DNA of 64,000 nucleotides from a virus. The position numbers and the translations under genes were made by a program. The stretch lies in IMG/VR virus record IMGVR_UViG_3300036768_001490, positions 32,001-96,000 of that record; one strand, 5' to 3'. The stretch's first letter is position 1. Every line of letters starts with the position of its first letter. Below, one piece after another: positions 28,643 through 39,243 of the stretch. The notes under the pieces are model-generated. The model ran no database searches. It was not told where the DNA came from and saw only the letters and a list, made by a program, of their open reading frames with translations.

Positions 28643-29128
28643 TTACTTGCCGATCAGGGCCAGCAGCGGCCTGTCCGAAGCCTTGACGAACGAGGTCTTG
28701 CGCCCGACCACCGGGTCGTTCAGCGAGTCGTACTCGCCCTCCTTGGTCAACGGCCCGTTCCCAGGGACGTAACCCCCGTTCAGGCCCAGCGATCCCGGGT
28801 CTACAGCCTCGCCGTTGTCGCCGGCCGACTTCGCCCTGCCCGACTTGAAGGCAACCAGCTTGTCCACAGCGGACTTGAGCAGCTGCATGGTCTCAGCGTG
28901 GCTGTTGAGCATGGCGGCGGCCGCCTCCTTCTGGTGCTTGGCCACCACGCCCACGTCAATCATGTAGTTCAAAAGCGCGCCCCGCAGGTCGCTGGCCCGC
29001 TTCTGCGCGCGGCGGTGGACCTCGATCTCGTCCAGCGCTCGCTTGCCCAGGAAGCTGGAGACCTCGACGTACCGGATCATGTTGTCCAGCAGCGACGAGG
29101 GCACGGTGATGTAGGTGTTGGTGTTCAA
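28643..29128 (-). CDS. Head-associated helical protein
   Basis: 161 aa, TTG start with SD GGAGGAG; 5 K-x-A sites. Confidence 0.6.
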   Translation of the reverse strand: MNTNTYITVPSSLLDNMIRYVEVSSFLGKRALDEIEVHRRAQKRASDLRGALLNYMIDVGVVAKHQKEAAAAMLNSHAETMQLLKSAVDKLVAFKSGRAKSAGDNGEAVDPGSLGLNGGYVPGNGPLTKEGEYDSLNDPVVGRKTSFVKASDRPLLALIGK

Positions 29129-29211
29129 TTTTCACTCCTCCGTGAGCACGGGTGTCCTGGCCGGACATCCGCGTGGACGGTCCCGTCCGGCGCCGGTCGG
29201 CATGTTCCGCG

Positions 29212-30558
29212 TCATGCGGCGGCGGCCCGGCGCGCCCGCGAGCGCTGCACGATCTCCTTGATGTAGTTGCGCATCTCAGCGACCTTCGTACCTGCCCGCT
29301 TCTGTGCCTGCGCCGACTTGTCGGCCGCCGGCTTCTCGGTAGCAGCCGCCGCGGCGGCCGGCGCCGCGCCGCCGTCGGGCGCGGCCATGTCGTTCGCCAC
29401 CTCTTCGGCAATCGCGGTTTCGAGTTCCTCCGGGGTCACGCCGAGCTGCTCCAGGACATCGACCAGCTGGTCGGCCTCCGCGTCATCCGCGTCGCCGCCT
29501 TCTTCCCCGCTGTCACCGGTGCTCAGCGCATCCAGCAAGGCGTCCTCGGCTGCGGCATCATTCGCGGACGAGGATTCGTCCGTAGACGGCTTGTTGTCAT
29601 CAGCGGCGGCAGCAATAGCAGCTGCGACCTCGGGCGGTATCTCGTTGCCGGCGCCCGCCTGCTGGGCCGGGTCTTCGCCCGTCGCGGTCTTCTCCGCACC
29701 GCCGACCAGGAAGTTGTCCATGAAGCAGATGAAGCGGTCGGCATCGTCCGACGCCGTCTTGATGATCTCGTACATCGTGTTGACGACCAGACTGTCTGCC
29801 GCCTGCTTGTCGAAGTTGCCGCTCAGCAGGCTTGCCATTTCCCAGCCGGCCTGCTGGGCCAGCCAGGGGTCGATCTGGGCCTGCTTCTGCTGCTGGCCGG
29901 CGTACGATGCATACGGTGCGCTCTGGACCTGGCTCAAGTAGGCGATCTGGGCGCAGACGGTGTCGCCGGCCTCTTTCATCAGCCGGGCCAGCTGCTCCAG
30001 CGGCGTGTTAGAGTCCAGGGCATACTTGTGCCCGTCCAGCTCGTCGTTCTCGGTGGAGGCAGGATGGTCCGTGCCGCCGAGGCCGCCCTCTCTTTTGTCC
30101 TCCTTGCCGGCCTTGGCGGACTCCGTTTCGTTCTTAGGGTCTTCGCCCGTGGGCTGGACGTTGGTGCCGATCTGCATTTGGTCGTCTGCAGCCGAGCCGC
30201 CGACGCTGACCGCTTCTCCCTCTGCTGTCTTCTGCCGGCCGCCGGGACGGCGAGCGAAACGCGCGGCCAGGTCGAAGATGTTGAAGGCGCCGTTGGCGCT
30301 GCCTACCTTGGCCTCGGATGCATTCTGCACGCTGGGAGGACCTTGGTCCTCGTTGACGTCCTCCGTGTTCTCGTCGAAACGTTCTCCCGTGGTGACGTCC
30401 TGCAAGCGGTCATCCACCTCACCGCTTGGATGATCGGTCTCGCCGCCCTGGGAACCAGGTTCGCTGAGAGGCTGATCGTCCTCAGCAGTCTTGATCTGGC
30501 CGACTTGCCGAAGGAACTGCTCGATGGTACGGATCGAATTCTGCGCGGAGGTAGGCAT
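29212..30558 (-). CDS. Capsid scaffold-like acidic protein
   Basis: 448 aa, D/E/A-rich low complexity with basic C-terminus, between protease and MCP; 12 of 19 Lys are in K-x-A. Confidence 0.6.
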   Translation of the reverse strand: MPTSAQNSIRTIEQFLRQVGQIKTAEDDQPLSEPGSQGGETDHPSGEVDDRLQDVTTGERFDENTEDVNEDQGPPSVQNASEAKVGSANGAFNIFDLAARFARRPGGRQKTAEGEAVSVGGSAADDQMQIGTNVQPTGEDPKNETESAKAGKEDKREGGLGGTDHPASTENDELDGHKYALDSNTPLEQLARLMKEAGDTVCAQIAYLSQVQSAPYASYAGQQQKQAQIDPWLAQQAGWEMASLLSGNFDKQAADSLVVNTMYEIIKTASDDADRFICFMDNFLVGGAEKTATGEDPAQQAGAGNEIPPEVAAAIAAAADDNKPSTDESSSANDAAAEDALLDALSTGDSGEEGGDADDAEADQLVDVLEQLGVTPEELETAIAEEVANDMAAPDGGAAPAAAAAATEKPAADKSAQAQKRAGTKVAEMRNYIKEIVQRSRARRAAAA

Positions 30559-30639
30559 GTGACTGCACTCCTTTGCAAGTTTCCGGCCGCGTGTGTTCCG
30601 TCACGGCGGCGAGTGGCCTTCGTGGACTGGGCCCGTTGG

Positions 30640-32157
30640 TTAGCGTGCCTGATTTTGGCAGCACGACAACCTTGCGGTCAAGAGGAAGTCATCATCGGAC
30701 CCGGCGATCCGCTGCAGGGCGGCCACCTTGTAGACCGCGTAGTCGCGGGCCAGCTCCTCTGCTGCCTGGTCGTCGTGGTCCGCTGCTGCTGTCCTGGCCG
30801 GCGCGGCCGCAGCACCTTGCCGCAGCGCGGCCCGCTGCGCGCGCTGGAAAACGGCATTTTTCTCCAGGGAGTAAAGACAGCGCACCCGCTCGGCGTAGCG
30901 GCGCTGGCTGGCAGACGCCAGCTTCTCTCCGGGCGCGTAACGGTTCCGCGACAGCCTTCTTTCCAGGCTGCCGTCCGCGATCATGCGACGGTAGACACCA
31001 GGCAGTCGGACGGCGGCGGCAGAGGCCAGCGCTGCGCGCTTGGTCAGGCGGGCAAAATCGCGCAACGGCAGGATGATTTTCTGGTCCGCCAGGGCGCCCA
31101 GGGCAGCGGCCATCTTGACGTTGTCATTGTCGCCCAGGCCAATGGCATCCAGGTCGAAGTCGGGTTGCACGCTGGTGGTGAAGGCGTACCGGGCCGCCGC
31201 ATCTGCCGGGTCGCTGGCTGCGCCGACCTGGTCCTCCAGGTCGGCCAGGCCGTGGGCCAGCTTCACCTGTCCGGCCAGGAAGAGCGCCCGGCGGTCTGCC
31301 CAGGGACCGTCCTGGGCCAGAACCACGTCCAGCGGCGCCAGAACGCCAAGGTCGTCCGCCAGCTGGGCCCCGCCGCGATACCCGGGCAGGAGGTCGGCAG
31401 CTGACTTGGTGAGATAGTCGGCCTTACCGCCGTAGGCGATGCGGTCCGCTGGCCGGAAAACGGCGCTGATGTCGAACCAGTGCGGCTCGTCGTTGTCCAC
31501 GTAGAGGATGCGCGCGTCGTTGCCGTGCTTGACTAGACGGGTGAGGTTCTCGGCGCAACCTCCCCCCTTGCAGGAAGCAGACGTGCAATACTCCTCGCGC
31601 GAGCGCGCCCGGTTGCCGCACTCGCTGCACACGTCGTAGGGCACGCGGCACGCCATGCTGACCGGGATGTCGTCACCCCGGGCGAGCTTCTCCAGCTCCC
31701 GGTCGGCCACCCGGCCGCCGTTCCGCTCGGCCGCGGACTTCTCCCTGTTGAGGGCCACCAGAAGCTCGACGCGGCGCATGTCCGGGTTGTAGGCGGACAG
31801 CCGGACCTGGCCGTAGCTGATGTTTGGATCCTTGTTCTTGTGATTGCGGTAAAAACGGGCGAACTTGACGAAGGTGTCGTGGTACTTCTTGCAGACCGCT
31901 TCCCGGAAGGCGTCGCCGTTCCGGTTGGGGCCGTATGCCTCCGACGCCCCCAGAGCGATCAGGTGGACCGGTTCCTCGTCCGCGGCAATCTTGACTGTGT
32001 CCAGGTAGGGCAGGAAGACGTTGGCGGAGCCGGAGGCACGCTTGATGAACTGCCGGCGGTCGTGACCGCGCAGTCTGCCGGATGCCATCTTGACCAGGGA
32101 TGCCACCGGGCCGTCAAAGTCCCAGCCGGACGGGCTGACGATCTTGACCATCGCCAT
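30640..32157 (-). CDS. Prohead maturation protease (HK97/assemblin-type Ser protease)
   Basis: Candidate catalytic His (FYRNHK) and Ser (PVSMACRVPYDVCSECGN), plus FDISAVFRPADRIA, matching the S.G/xC...CSxCG and ElS.V..PA motifs of phage prohead proteases. Confidence 0.7.
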   Translation of the reverse strand: MAMVKIVSPSGWDFDGPVASLVKMASGRLRGHDRRQFIKRASGSANVFLPYLDTVKIAADEEPVHLIALGASEAYGPNRNGDAFREAVCKKYHDTFVKFARFYRNHKNKDPNISYGQVRLSAYNPDMRRVELLVALNREKSAAERNGGRVADRELEKLARGDDIPVSMACRVPYDVCSECGNRARSREEYCTSASCKGGGCAENLTRLVKHGNDARILYVDNDEPHWFDISAVFRPADRIAYGGKADYLTKSAADLLPGYRGGAQLADDLGVLAPLDVVLAQDGPWADRRALFLAGQVKLAHGLADLEDQVGAASDPADAAARYAFTTSVQPDFDLDAIGLGDNDNVKMAAALGALADQKIILPLRDFARLTKRAALASAAAVRLPGVYRRMIADGSLERRLSRNRYAPGEKLASASQRRYAERVRCLYSLEKNAVFQRAQRAALRQGAAAAPARTAAADHDDQAAEELARDYAVYKVAALQRIAGSDDDFLLTARLSCCQNQAR

Positions 32158-32178
32158 GAGTTCTCTTGCCTCCTGCTT

Positions 32179-33633
32179 CTACTTCCGCTGTTGCTGCTGT
32201 TGCTGCTGTTGCTGCTGTTGCTGCTGTTGCTGCTGTTGCTGCTGCGTGGTCGTCGTGGGCTTGACGTGCTTCCGTACCAGCTCGCGCAGGCTTTCATGCC
32301 GCTTCGCTTCATCTCGTCTGACGTTGTACAACAGCTCTAATGCTGGCGGTAATGCATAGACTGCTAACCGGCCGCCGACACGTACGCCCTTGCTGGGCGA
32401 GGCGTACTGGTACGGTCCAATCCGGCGCAAGGGTCGTCCTGCCTGTCCCTCGGGAGATTTAAGGTAGCCCTCCTGCTTGTATTCGGAAAGTTGGTGGCGG
32501 GTAAGTTGCATCTTGACGGGATGGTCGATGCCTGTGGATTGAGTGCTTAATTGCGGTTCTCCTCCTGTGGTGGTTCCTCCTTTCGTGGTTTCTCCTTTCG
32601 TTGTTATCTTCGCCGGCGGGTTGTAAATCACCTCCGCTAAGACTTCGTCACGAGGCCCCGTCGTCGTGGAGGCTCTGCTCAGCAGTTCCATTGCCGTCAT
32701 GCCTTTCTCTCTGCCCGTCGCCAATGTGGAATAAACCCTCTCCATTCGTTCGGGAGTAGCACCAGGCTTTGGGGTTTTGAGGTCGGGAGCAGTTCCTTTT
32801 TCGGCACTAACTCTATTCAAGATGTTGATGACTTCTTCTGGCAATGGTGGATTGATTTCTCTCATTCCCTTAGCCAGATGCAATGGTTCAATAGAAGCCT
32901 TCGGCCGGAGGTAGCCGACGCGGAGCCATTCCCCCGTGCGCAGTGGCTGAGTATGTGTCAGGATGTCAACGACCCCCAGGGCCGGCAGGATGGAAGAAGA
33001 GACCGGCAGATTCTTGTCTATGAACGTGTCGCCTCCTCGCCAGGGTTGAAACGTCCTCTTCGCCACGGCTGCCAGGTTTTCGTAGATGTTGCCAGCGTAC
33101 CTTCGGGCCGTGGAAGGCTCGGCGGTCAGATTCCTGACCTGTTCAGACAGCTCATCCAGCTTATTCTCGTCGATTACCACTTTCTTGCCGCCGCCGATGT
33201 CCACCTCGATCTTTTTCCCTCCACTTGCATCTCCTCCTCCACTGCCGCTACTCCCCTTGTTGCCGCTTCCACCCTGGCCGGAGCCGGCGGCCGGGCCACC
33301 TACTCCCATCAGGTGGGCGGCCCCTCCGCCCACTATGGTGCCCGCCAGACCGCCAAGCAGGGCAGGACCGAGGATGCTCCTCCGCTCGTGCTCTTCCTTT
33401 TCCTGGTTGCTCCAGATGGTGCCCAGTCCACCAATGGCAGCGCCGCCGACTCCGCCAATCAGGGCGCTCGCGGCCGTCGGGTTGGCCTTGGCCCATTCGC
33501 CAAAGGAGGTAAGGAAGTCGCGCTCTTTCTGGGCCTTCTTCTCCAACGGGGTCGGTAGGCGCGTGCGCAGCTCCACGGCGCGGCGGGCCAGTGCCTCCAC
33601 CGCTCCTTCCAACGTGGTCCGGTCGGGGTGCAT
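32179..33633 (-). CDS. Glycine-zipper putative internal virion protein with C-terminal poly-Q
   Basis: EKKA after a 30-aa leader, two GxxxG-rich hydrophobic helices, lower-GC interior, 19-Gln tail. Confidence 0.6.
   Translation of the reverse strand: MHPDRTTLEGAVEALARRAVELRTRLPTPLEKKAQKERDFLTSFGEWAKANPTAASALIGGVGGAAIGGLGTIWSNQEKEEHERRSILGPALLGGLAGTIVGGGAAHLMGVGGPAAGSGQGGSGNKGSSGSGGGDASGGKKIEVDIGGGKKVVIDENKLDELSEQVRNLTAEPSTARRYAGNIYENLAAVAKRTFQPWRGGDTFIDKNLPVSSSILPALGVVDILTHTQPLRTGEWLRVGYLRPKASIEPLHLAKGMREINPPLPEEVINILNRVSAEKGTAPDLKTPKPGATPERMERVYSTLATGREKGMTAMELLSRASTTTGPRDEVLAEVIYNPPAKITTKGETTKGGTTTGGEPQLSTQSTGIDHPVKMQLTRHQLSEYKQEGYLKSPEGQAGRPLRRIGPYQYASPSKGVRVGGRLAVYALPPALELLYNVRRDEAKRHESLRELVRKHVKPTTTTQQQQQQQQQQQQQQQQQQQRK
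32188..32244 (-). repeat. (CAGCAGCAA)n microsatellite encoding 19 Gln
   Basis: Direct read of the sequence. Confidence 0.95.
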
Positions 33634-33679
33634 GGCAACCTACCTCCCTGTCTCCTCCTGTCTTTGCCAGCTGTCCGTC

Positions 33680-35020
33680 CTAGCCAAGCACCGACTTGGG
33701 TGCCGAGGCGATCTCCTTCGTGAAAGGAGTTATATCCCTGCTCTGGGCCATGATCCGCTCCGTGTCTGCCAGTTCCTTGGCCTCGAACGGCTCCATCAGC
33801 CCCGCCAGCCGACGGTGCAGTACCGGCCGCAGCAGGGCCGCGTTGTCCGCCACGCGCGGCGCCACCTGGGAGATCTCGTTGTATGCCTGGAGTACCTTGT
33901 CCGGGTCGTAACCCGAAATGGGGTCGTCCGGGTCCGTCATGAATCGGGTCAGCATGGCATGCGACCGGATCTTGCGCAGCTCGTTCCGGTGGGTCGGGTC
34001 TTCCAGTTCTAGCCAGATGTCCTCCAGCAGCTCCTTCTTGGTCTGGGGCACGTTTTCCAGCAGGCGGGACACCATCGAGCCTGCCGTGGCAGCAATCGGA
34101 GTGTTGAACATCACAATGTCAGCGGCCGCCTTGTCACTGCCTCGTTGCGGTCCCGGCGGCCGTGGACCGCTGGCCTGAACGAAAGGGCGGAACGCTTCCT
34201 CCCGTACCGTGGCTTCCTTGGTCCGGCAGGCTGCCAGGGCCTGGCGGGCACGGACGCAGTCCTCCGCCGCCTGGATGCAGGCGCGGATGGAAGAGAACGG
34301 CTCGCTCTCCAGGTCCAGGGGCGACTTCTGGACCGTCAGTCCTGCCGCGGCCCGCTTCTCGCGTAGGTGGGCCTGAGAGTAGACCAGGTCAAGGAGCGGC
34401 GGCGCCGCGTTGCCGAAATAGGTCCGGGCCGCCTGCTCGACCGCGGCGAACGGCAGCCGGTCACGCGCCGTTTTCTTGAAGTAGTGTACCAGGCCGCCGA
34501 CATGGTGCCGGACCCGGTCGGCCGCCGCCGCTGCCCGGCGCGACCATTCCTCGGTCATCTGCTGGTGCCGCTGCACCGCGCCGTAGGCCCTGTGCAGCGC
34601 CGCCATTGAGTCCCGCGGATACGGCGCCGGGCGGTCAGCCAGAGGCGGCATCTCCCGCGCCGCCTTCTCCCGTGCGGGCCGCTTCCACCAGCGGTCCGGC
34701 GGGGAAGCATACTCATCCGGTAGGCGCTCCGACGCTTTCTTCTCGCCGCCGTAGAGATCGGCAATGACCTTCTCCGGGTCCGCCAGCGGATAGCTGGCCA
34801 GCTTGTCCAGGACGTTGCCGCCGCTCTGCCACTGGCCCAGCTGCCGGCCAGTGTTGTAGGCGTGGGCCACCAGCCGGATCTTGCCCGGCCCGAACTTCTC
34901 TTCCCGGGCAACCTTGGCCAGGGCCTGGTCCGGCGCCATGCCCCCTTCCACCAGGTCGTTGGCGCGCCGGACCGCTTCCACCAGCTGCTGCTCTTCCGCC
35001 GAGTCGATGGTCTGGACCAT
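33680..35020 (-). CDS. Hypothetical helical protein with K-x-A sites
   Basis: 446 aa, strong SD. Confidence 0.7.
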   Translation of the reverse strand: MVQTIDSAEEQQLVEAVRRANDLVEGGMAPDQALAKVAREEKFGPGKIRLVAHAYNTGRQLGQWQSGGNVLDKLASYPLADPEKVIADLYGGEKKASERLPDEYASPPDRWWKRPAREKAAREMPPLADRPAPYPRDSMAALHRAYGAVQRHQQMTEEWSRRAAAAADRVRHHVGGLVHYFKKTARDRLPFAAVEQAARTYFGNAAPPLLDLVYSQAHLREKRAAAGLTVQKSPLDLESEPFSSIRACIQAAEDCVRARQALAACRTKEATVREEAFRPFVQASGPRPPGPQRGSDKAAADIVMFNTPIAATAGSMVSRLLENVPQTKKELLEDIWLELEDPTHRNELRKIRSHAMLTRFMTDPDDPISGYDPDKVLQAYNEISQVAPRVADNAALLRPVLHRRLAGLMEPFEAKELADTERIMAQSRDITPFTKEIASAPKSVLG

Positions 35021-35041
35021 GCCGTCCCTCCTTCCTTCTCG

Positions 35042-36079
35042 TTAGGGCAGCGGCGCCTCCTTGCGCGCGGCAGCGCCGGACTTCCGGCTGGGAGCCGGCA
35101 ACTTGTCCGGCCAGTCCTTGCCCAGGTCCGGCGCCTGCCCTCCGGCCGCGACCTGGAGCAGCTCATCATCGCGCAGCTCGGCCGCCATGCGGTCGAAGCG
35201 ACCGACCTCCGTGTCGCGGTATACCTTGTCCCCCTCGTCGCCGAAGGCCCAGGGGATCTCGTCGATCATGGCCTGGATGTGCCGCTCCGTGACTGTCCGT
35301 TGCTGCTCGCGCGACTCCTCCGAGCGCTCGAACTCGATGATGCGGGCGTGGATCTGGAACAGCTCCATCGCGTTGTACTTGTTGACCTCGAACTGGAGCG
35401 CCGCCTGCACGGAGCGCCGCCGGATGATGGCCGCCCAGGTCGCGTCCAGCCAGTTGGCCATGTCATCTGGCGACGTCAGCGGCTTGCCGACAGGCAGCGC
35501 GTGGATGAAAAAGTCAACCAGGTGCGGGCCGCCGAAGTAGGCGAACAGCTTGAGCGAGGCGTCTAGGAACGGGTGAGCCACGGTGCTGTCACGCGGCATG
35601 ACCACGCCGTCGTGGCTGACCGGCGCGGGGGCATAGTGCCGGTCGAACGCGGGCAGCAGCACCTGCTTGGTGATCCAGTCCCGCGCGTTCAGGTGCTCGA
35701 CCACGTTGAAGAACAGTGCCTCGTACCAGCGGATGGCGCCTGGCGTCGTCTTCATGACCTCGGCGATGTGCTCGAAGCTCTGTCGGGCCAGCAGGCGCGC
35801 CTCGATGAACAGGGCCCCTTCCGGCTCGCTGCTGTACCGCTCGTGGAACTCGTGCGCGTAGTACAGGTCGGGCATGTCCCAGAACAGGCGCTCGCGGTCA
35901 GCTTCGCTTTCGATGTGCTGCCAGCGCAGCTGGAACTTGCGCGCGGCCCGGATGAACTCGTCGTCGTGCCGCGTGCAGCGGCCGGGATTGGACCAGCGCA
36001 TCATGGACATGACCCGTTCCCAGCGCCAGTCTGGCCGACAGAAGAAGCTCTTCTTCTGATAGGTGGCGTTCAACTTCAT
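35042..36079 (-). CDS. Hypothetical protein
   Basis: 345 aa, strong SD (GGGAGAGG). Confidence 0.7.
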   Translation of the reverse strand: MKLNATYQKKSFFCRPDWRWERVMSMMRWSNPGRCTRHDDEFIRAARKFQLRWQHIESEADRERLFWDMPDLYYAHEFHERYSSEPEGALFIEARLLARQSFEHIAEVMKTTPGAIRWYEALFFNVVEHLNARDWITKQVLLPAFDRHYAPAPVSHDGVVMPRDSTVAHPFLDASLKLFAYFGGPHLVDFFIHALPVGKPLTSPDDMANWLDATWAAIIRRRSVQAALQFEVNKYNAMELFQIHARIIEFERSEESREQQRTVTERHIQAMIDEIPWAFGDEGDKVYRDTEVGRFDRMAAELRDDELLQVAAGGQAPDLGKDWPDKLPAPSRKSGAAARKEAPLP

Positions 36080-36094
36080 GCTTGTCCTCTCCCC

Positions 36095-36556
36095 TTACTG
36101 GCCCACGCACTGTTCGCCGCCGATGCACAGGGCAAACTTCTTCGCGCCGGACCCCTGCGGCGCGATCTTGACGTACAGCTTGCGCACGTTGCCGAGCTGC
36201 CGCCCGGGCGGCTGCCGGTCCTGACTGTAGAATATGAAGCCGTAGCCACCGGTGGCCGTGTCCGAGAAGTAGATGAGCTTGCCGTTGCTGCCGTGCAGGT
36301 CGGGCGTGACCCGATAGCAGTCGGGCGGGATCGGACCCGTCTCGGATCCGACCGTGTCGGACATCTCCGTCCCCTCCAGCACGCTGACGTGGTTGTACAG
36401 GGCCACGGTCAGGTCGGCGAGGACGCCGTCGTACTGGACCACGATGATCTTCGAGACCGACGTGCGGCTCGGAAAGTCCACCGCGACAACCCGAGCGTCG
36501 CCACCCTGGATCTCGATGCCCGACATTGGCGGAATTTCGTAAGGCACGCCCCCCAT
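36095..36556 (-). CDS. Hypothetical protein
   Basis: 153 aa, 2 nt after the upstream stop. Confidence 0.6.
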   Translation of the reverse strand: MGGVPYEIPPMSGIEIQGGDARVVAVDFPSRTSVSKIIVVQYDGVLADLTVALYNHVSVLEGTEMSDTVGSETGPIPPDCYRVTPDLHGSNGKLIYFSDTATGGYGFIFYSQDRQPPGRQLGNVRKLYVKIAPQGSGAKKFALCIGGEQCVGQ

Positions 36557-36558
36557 TG

Positions 36559-39243
36559 CTAGTTCCTCGCTGCTTCCAGGACGCTGGGCTCGGACGGGTC
36601 GGGGTTGCCCACGCCGTCCAGCAGGCTGCCGATGCCCTTGACTGTCTTCTCCTGGAGGAACAGGCAGACGTCGCCCAGCGTCTCAAAGGCGTTCCGGATG
36701 GAGTCCTCCAGCTCGGGCAAGTCTTGCTTGCCGTAGCGGTCCTCGAACTCCTCCTGGTGCCAGTAGAACATGAACAGGATCCGTCCCAGCTTGTCCAGCG
36801 CCTTCATCAGGTCGCCCAGGTAGCGGTCGATGAGGGTTTCCTGCCGCACCGACTTGAGCATGCCGCTTATCATGGCGGTGTCGAAGACCTCCTTCTGCCC
36901 GGACATGACCGCCTGCTGCGCCACCTGCATGGCCCGCTCGTCCGGCAGGTAGAAGGGGTCGTAGGCGGACGGGTTGGCCAGCTGGGACGACAGCGCGTCC
37001 ACCGGCAGGAACTCCTCCTGCGGGTAGATGGCAGGGACCGCGCCCAGGCCGCTGGGCTCGACCCCCAATAGCGGCGGCGGGAGCGCGGGCGCCTGCGGCC
37101 CCGGTTGCAGGTCCGTTCCCAGAGGCAGAGGGAAGCCCTGGCCGTACTTGACGAAGTAGGTGACGGGGCGGCCGCGCAGCCGGCTGGCGGCTGCTTCCTT
37201 GAGCATGAGGCGTGCCTGCTTCTCGCGCAGGCCGTGGTCGCGCACCAGGGAGATGAGCGCCGCCTTCTTGGACATGCGCTCCTGTCCGCGCTCGCTCCGG
37301 ATCCACACCTCGCCGGCACCCGTGTCGTGCAACCGCACCTGCGGCAGCGTGCCTTGCAGCATGAACTGGACGTCAATCAGGTTGCCTGGCTGGATCGGAG
37401 TATCAGCCGAGCCACTGTGGCCGCTGTCCTTCGCCTCGTCGTCCTCTTCCGCCCCGGAAGGCGCTTCGACCGTGATGACCTTGTAGTCTGCCGGCACGTA
37501 CAGCTCTCCGTTGACCGAGCGCAGGCCGGAGCCCCGCCGCCGGTTGATGACCAGCCAGTCGCCTCCTTGACCGTAGACCATCCACTCGCGGTGGCGCGGC
37601 CATTGCCTCCGGGCCGCTTGGCCAGGAGGGACGTCCCACCAGCGCACCTGGTCCTGCCATTCCACCCGGTAAGTGCCGTCGCCGTAGTCCTCCAGCACGC
37701 GGAACGGCACCGTACCCGAGCCGTTGGCGTGCAGGGCGACATAGGTGCCGCCCTCTTCCAGGCTGTCCACGCTGTCCAGGCCACGGACATAGTCCACGAA
37801 GTCCTGGCGCACCGGACAGTCGCAGGTCTTGACCCAGATGTTGTGGCGGTGCGTGTTTAGCCAGTCCCGCGGCCGTTCCCGCCGCAGCACCAGATAGAAG
37901 TCCTCGCGGCCGCGGCCGGAGTGAGGATGGCAGATGACCACCATCTCCTGGAAAGTGCCCGGCTTCTCCAGCACTTCGTACAGGCCGCTCTCCGCCGGGT
38001 TGGCCAGCTCCATCCGGACCTGCGTGTTGTAGGCGATGCTGGTGTCGTCACCGTGCGGGTCGCGCTGGTCCCGGATGAGTACCGTGTCGCGCAGCAGCCG
38101 CTCCCGTTCCTCCTCGGTCAGCTCGTCCTTGTTGACCGTGATGGGCACGTCGCCGTCCACGTCCAGGGCGATGACGGTCAGGCTGGCCTTCTTGGGCTCC
38201 TGCTCCTGCTCTGCCTCGTTCAGCAGCGCCGGCTGGGGCTGCTTATTCTTTTTGTTGCGCCGCAAGGGACGGGGAGGAACGATGTAGGACTCCGCTGCCT
38301 TGGTGACGAGGCTGTCCGCCGTGACCAGGGCCTGCTCGGCCAGGCGGCGGAAGAAGTCGGCGCCGTAGAACTGGTCGAAGCCTTTTTTGATGAGAGGATA
38401 CTTCAGGTAGCACTGCTCGAAGGCTAGCTTGAGCAGAGGGAAGTCCGCCAGGAAGCCGGACAGGTCGAACCGGTGCGCATGGGGTGCCAGGGCAGCCTTC
38501 CAGGGGGACGCCACGACCTGGTCCAGGCGCAGGTCGGTGGCGTCCTTGACCAGGTCGGGGTACAGGGCACTAGCCTTTCCGACTGCCAGGGCGCAGGCAA
38601 GCGGAAGGAATGGCCGGGCCCAAGCGGCAACGTGGACCGGCAACACCTGGCCGTGCCGGTCGGCGGCATACTTGGAGACGGACGGCGGCAGCTGGAGGCG
38701 GGTCAGATTGGGCATCAGGCCGCCAAGCTGGAAGGTGGTCTGATCGGACGGCTCTCCCAGGGTGTGGGGCAGGCGCGAGATCAGGTGGTTGACCCAGTTC
38801 TCCTTCAGGGGGACAAAGGTGTTGTACTTCTTGATGTAGAGCAGCTCGTGCCCTTTCAGGTCGCCATTGAGGAAGAAGCAGGGGACGTAGAGCCACTGGT
38901 CTCCCACCTTGAAGCCGAACAGGCCCACCGCCTTGGTGTTGTCCTCGTTGCGGTCCACGAGCTGGAAGCCGATAATGAAGTCCAGCAGGCGCGGGCTCTT
39001 GTCCTTGATGTAGGAGTAGGCAAGCGAGGAGAATGCCTGCTCGAACCCTTGCTCCTGCTCGCCGCCCAGGGACGCTGTCTTGAAGTGGGTGGTAGCACAG
39101 GAGCGCAGGTGCTGCCGGAGCGCCCGCGGCGGCAGGGCCGAGCGCCAGTAGGAACCGACCGCCGTGGCCCGTTTCTCGAACAGCGACTTGCGCGCGGTGT
39201 ACATGGCTGACGTCACCTCGTCCTTGTTCCTGGTCACGGTCAA
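36559..39243 (-). CDS. Large hypothetical protein, probably virion-associated
   Basis: 894 aa, start overlaps upstream stop; EKRA and KTA near the N-terminus. No family recognised. Confidence 0.7.
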   Translation of the reverse strand: MTVTRNKDEVTSAMYTARKSLFEKRATAVGSYWRSALPPRALRQHLRSCATTHFKTASLGGEQEQGFEQAFSSLAYSYIKDKSPRLLDFIIGFQLVDRNEDNTKAVGLFGFKVGDQWLYVPCFFLNGDLKGHELLYIKKYNTFVPLKENWVNHLISRLPHTLGEPSDQTTFQLGGLMPNLTRLQLPPSVSKYAADRHGQVLPVHVAAWARPFLPLACALAVGKASALYPDLVKDATDLRLDQVVASPWKAALAPHAHRFDLSGFLADFPLLKLAFEQCYLKYPLIKKGFDQFYGADFFRRLAEQALVTADSLVTKAAESYIVPPRPLRRNKKNKQPQPALLNEAEQEQEPKKASLTVIALDVDGDVPITVNKDELTEEERERLLRDTVLIRDQRDPHGDDTSIAYNTQVRMELANPAESGLYEVLEKPGTFQEMVVICHPHSGRGREDFYLVLRRERPRDWLNTHRHNIWVKTCDCPVRQDFVDYVRGLDSVDSLEEGGTYVALHANGSGTVPFRVLEDYGDGTYRVEWQDQVRWWDVPPGQAARRQWPRHREWMVYGQGGDWLVINRRRGSGLRSVNGELYVPADYKVITVEAPSGAEEDDEAKDSGHSGSADTPIQPGNLIDVQFMLQGTLPQVRLHDTGAGEVWIRSERGQERMSKKAALISLVRDHGLREKQARLMLKEAAASRLRGRPVTYFVKYGQGFPLPLGTDLQPGPQAPALPPPLLGVEPSGLGAVPAIYPQEEFLPVDALSSQLANPSAYDPFYLPDERAMQVAQQAVMSGQKEVFDTAMISGMLKSVRQETLIDRYLGDLMKALDKLGRILFMFYWHQEEFEDRYGKQDLPELEDSIRNAFETLGDVCLFLQEKTVKGIGSLLDGVGNPDPSEPSVLEAARN

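Noticed and set aside
36559-39243. Portal protein
   Set aside because: Size and position are tempting but no portal motif was recognised; left as hypothetical.
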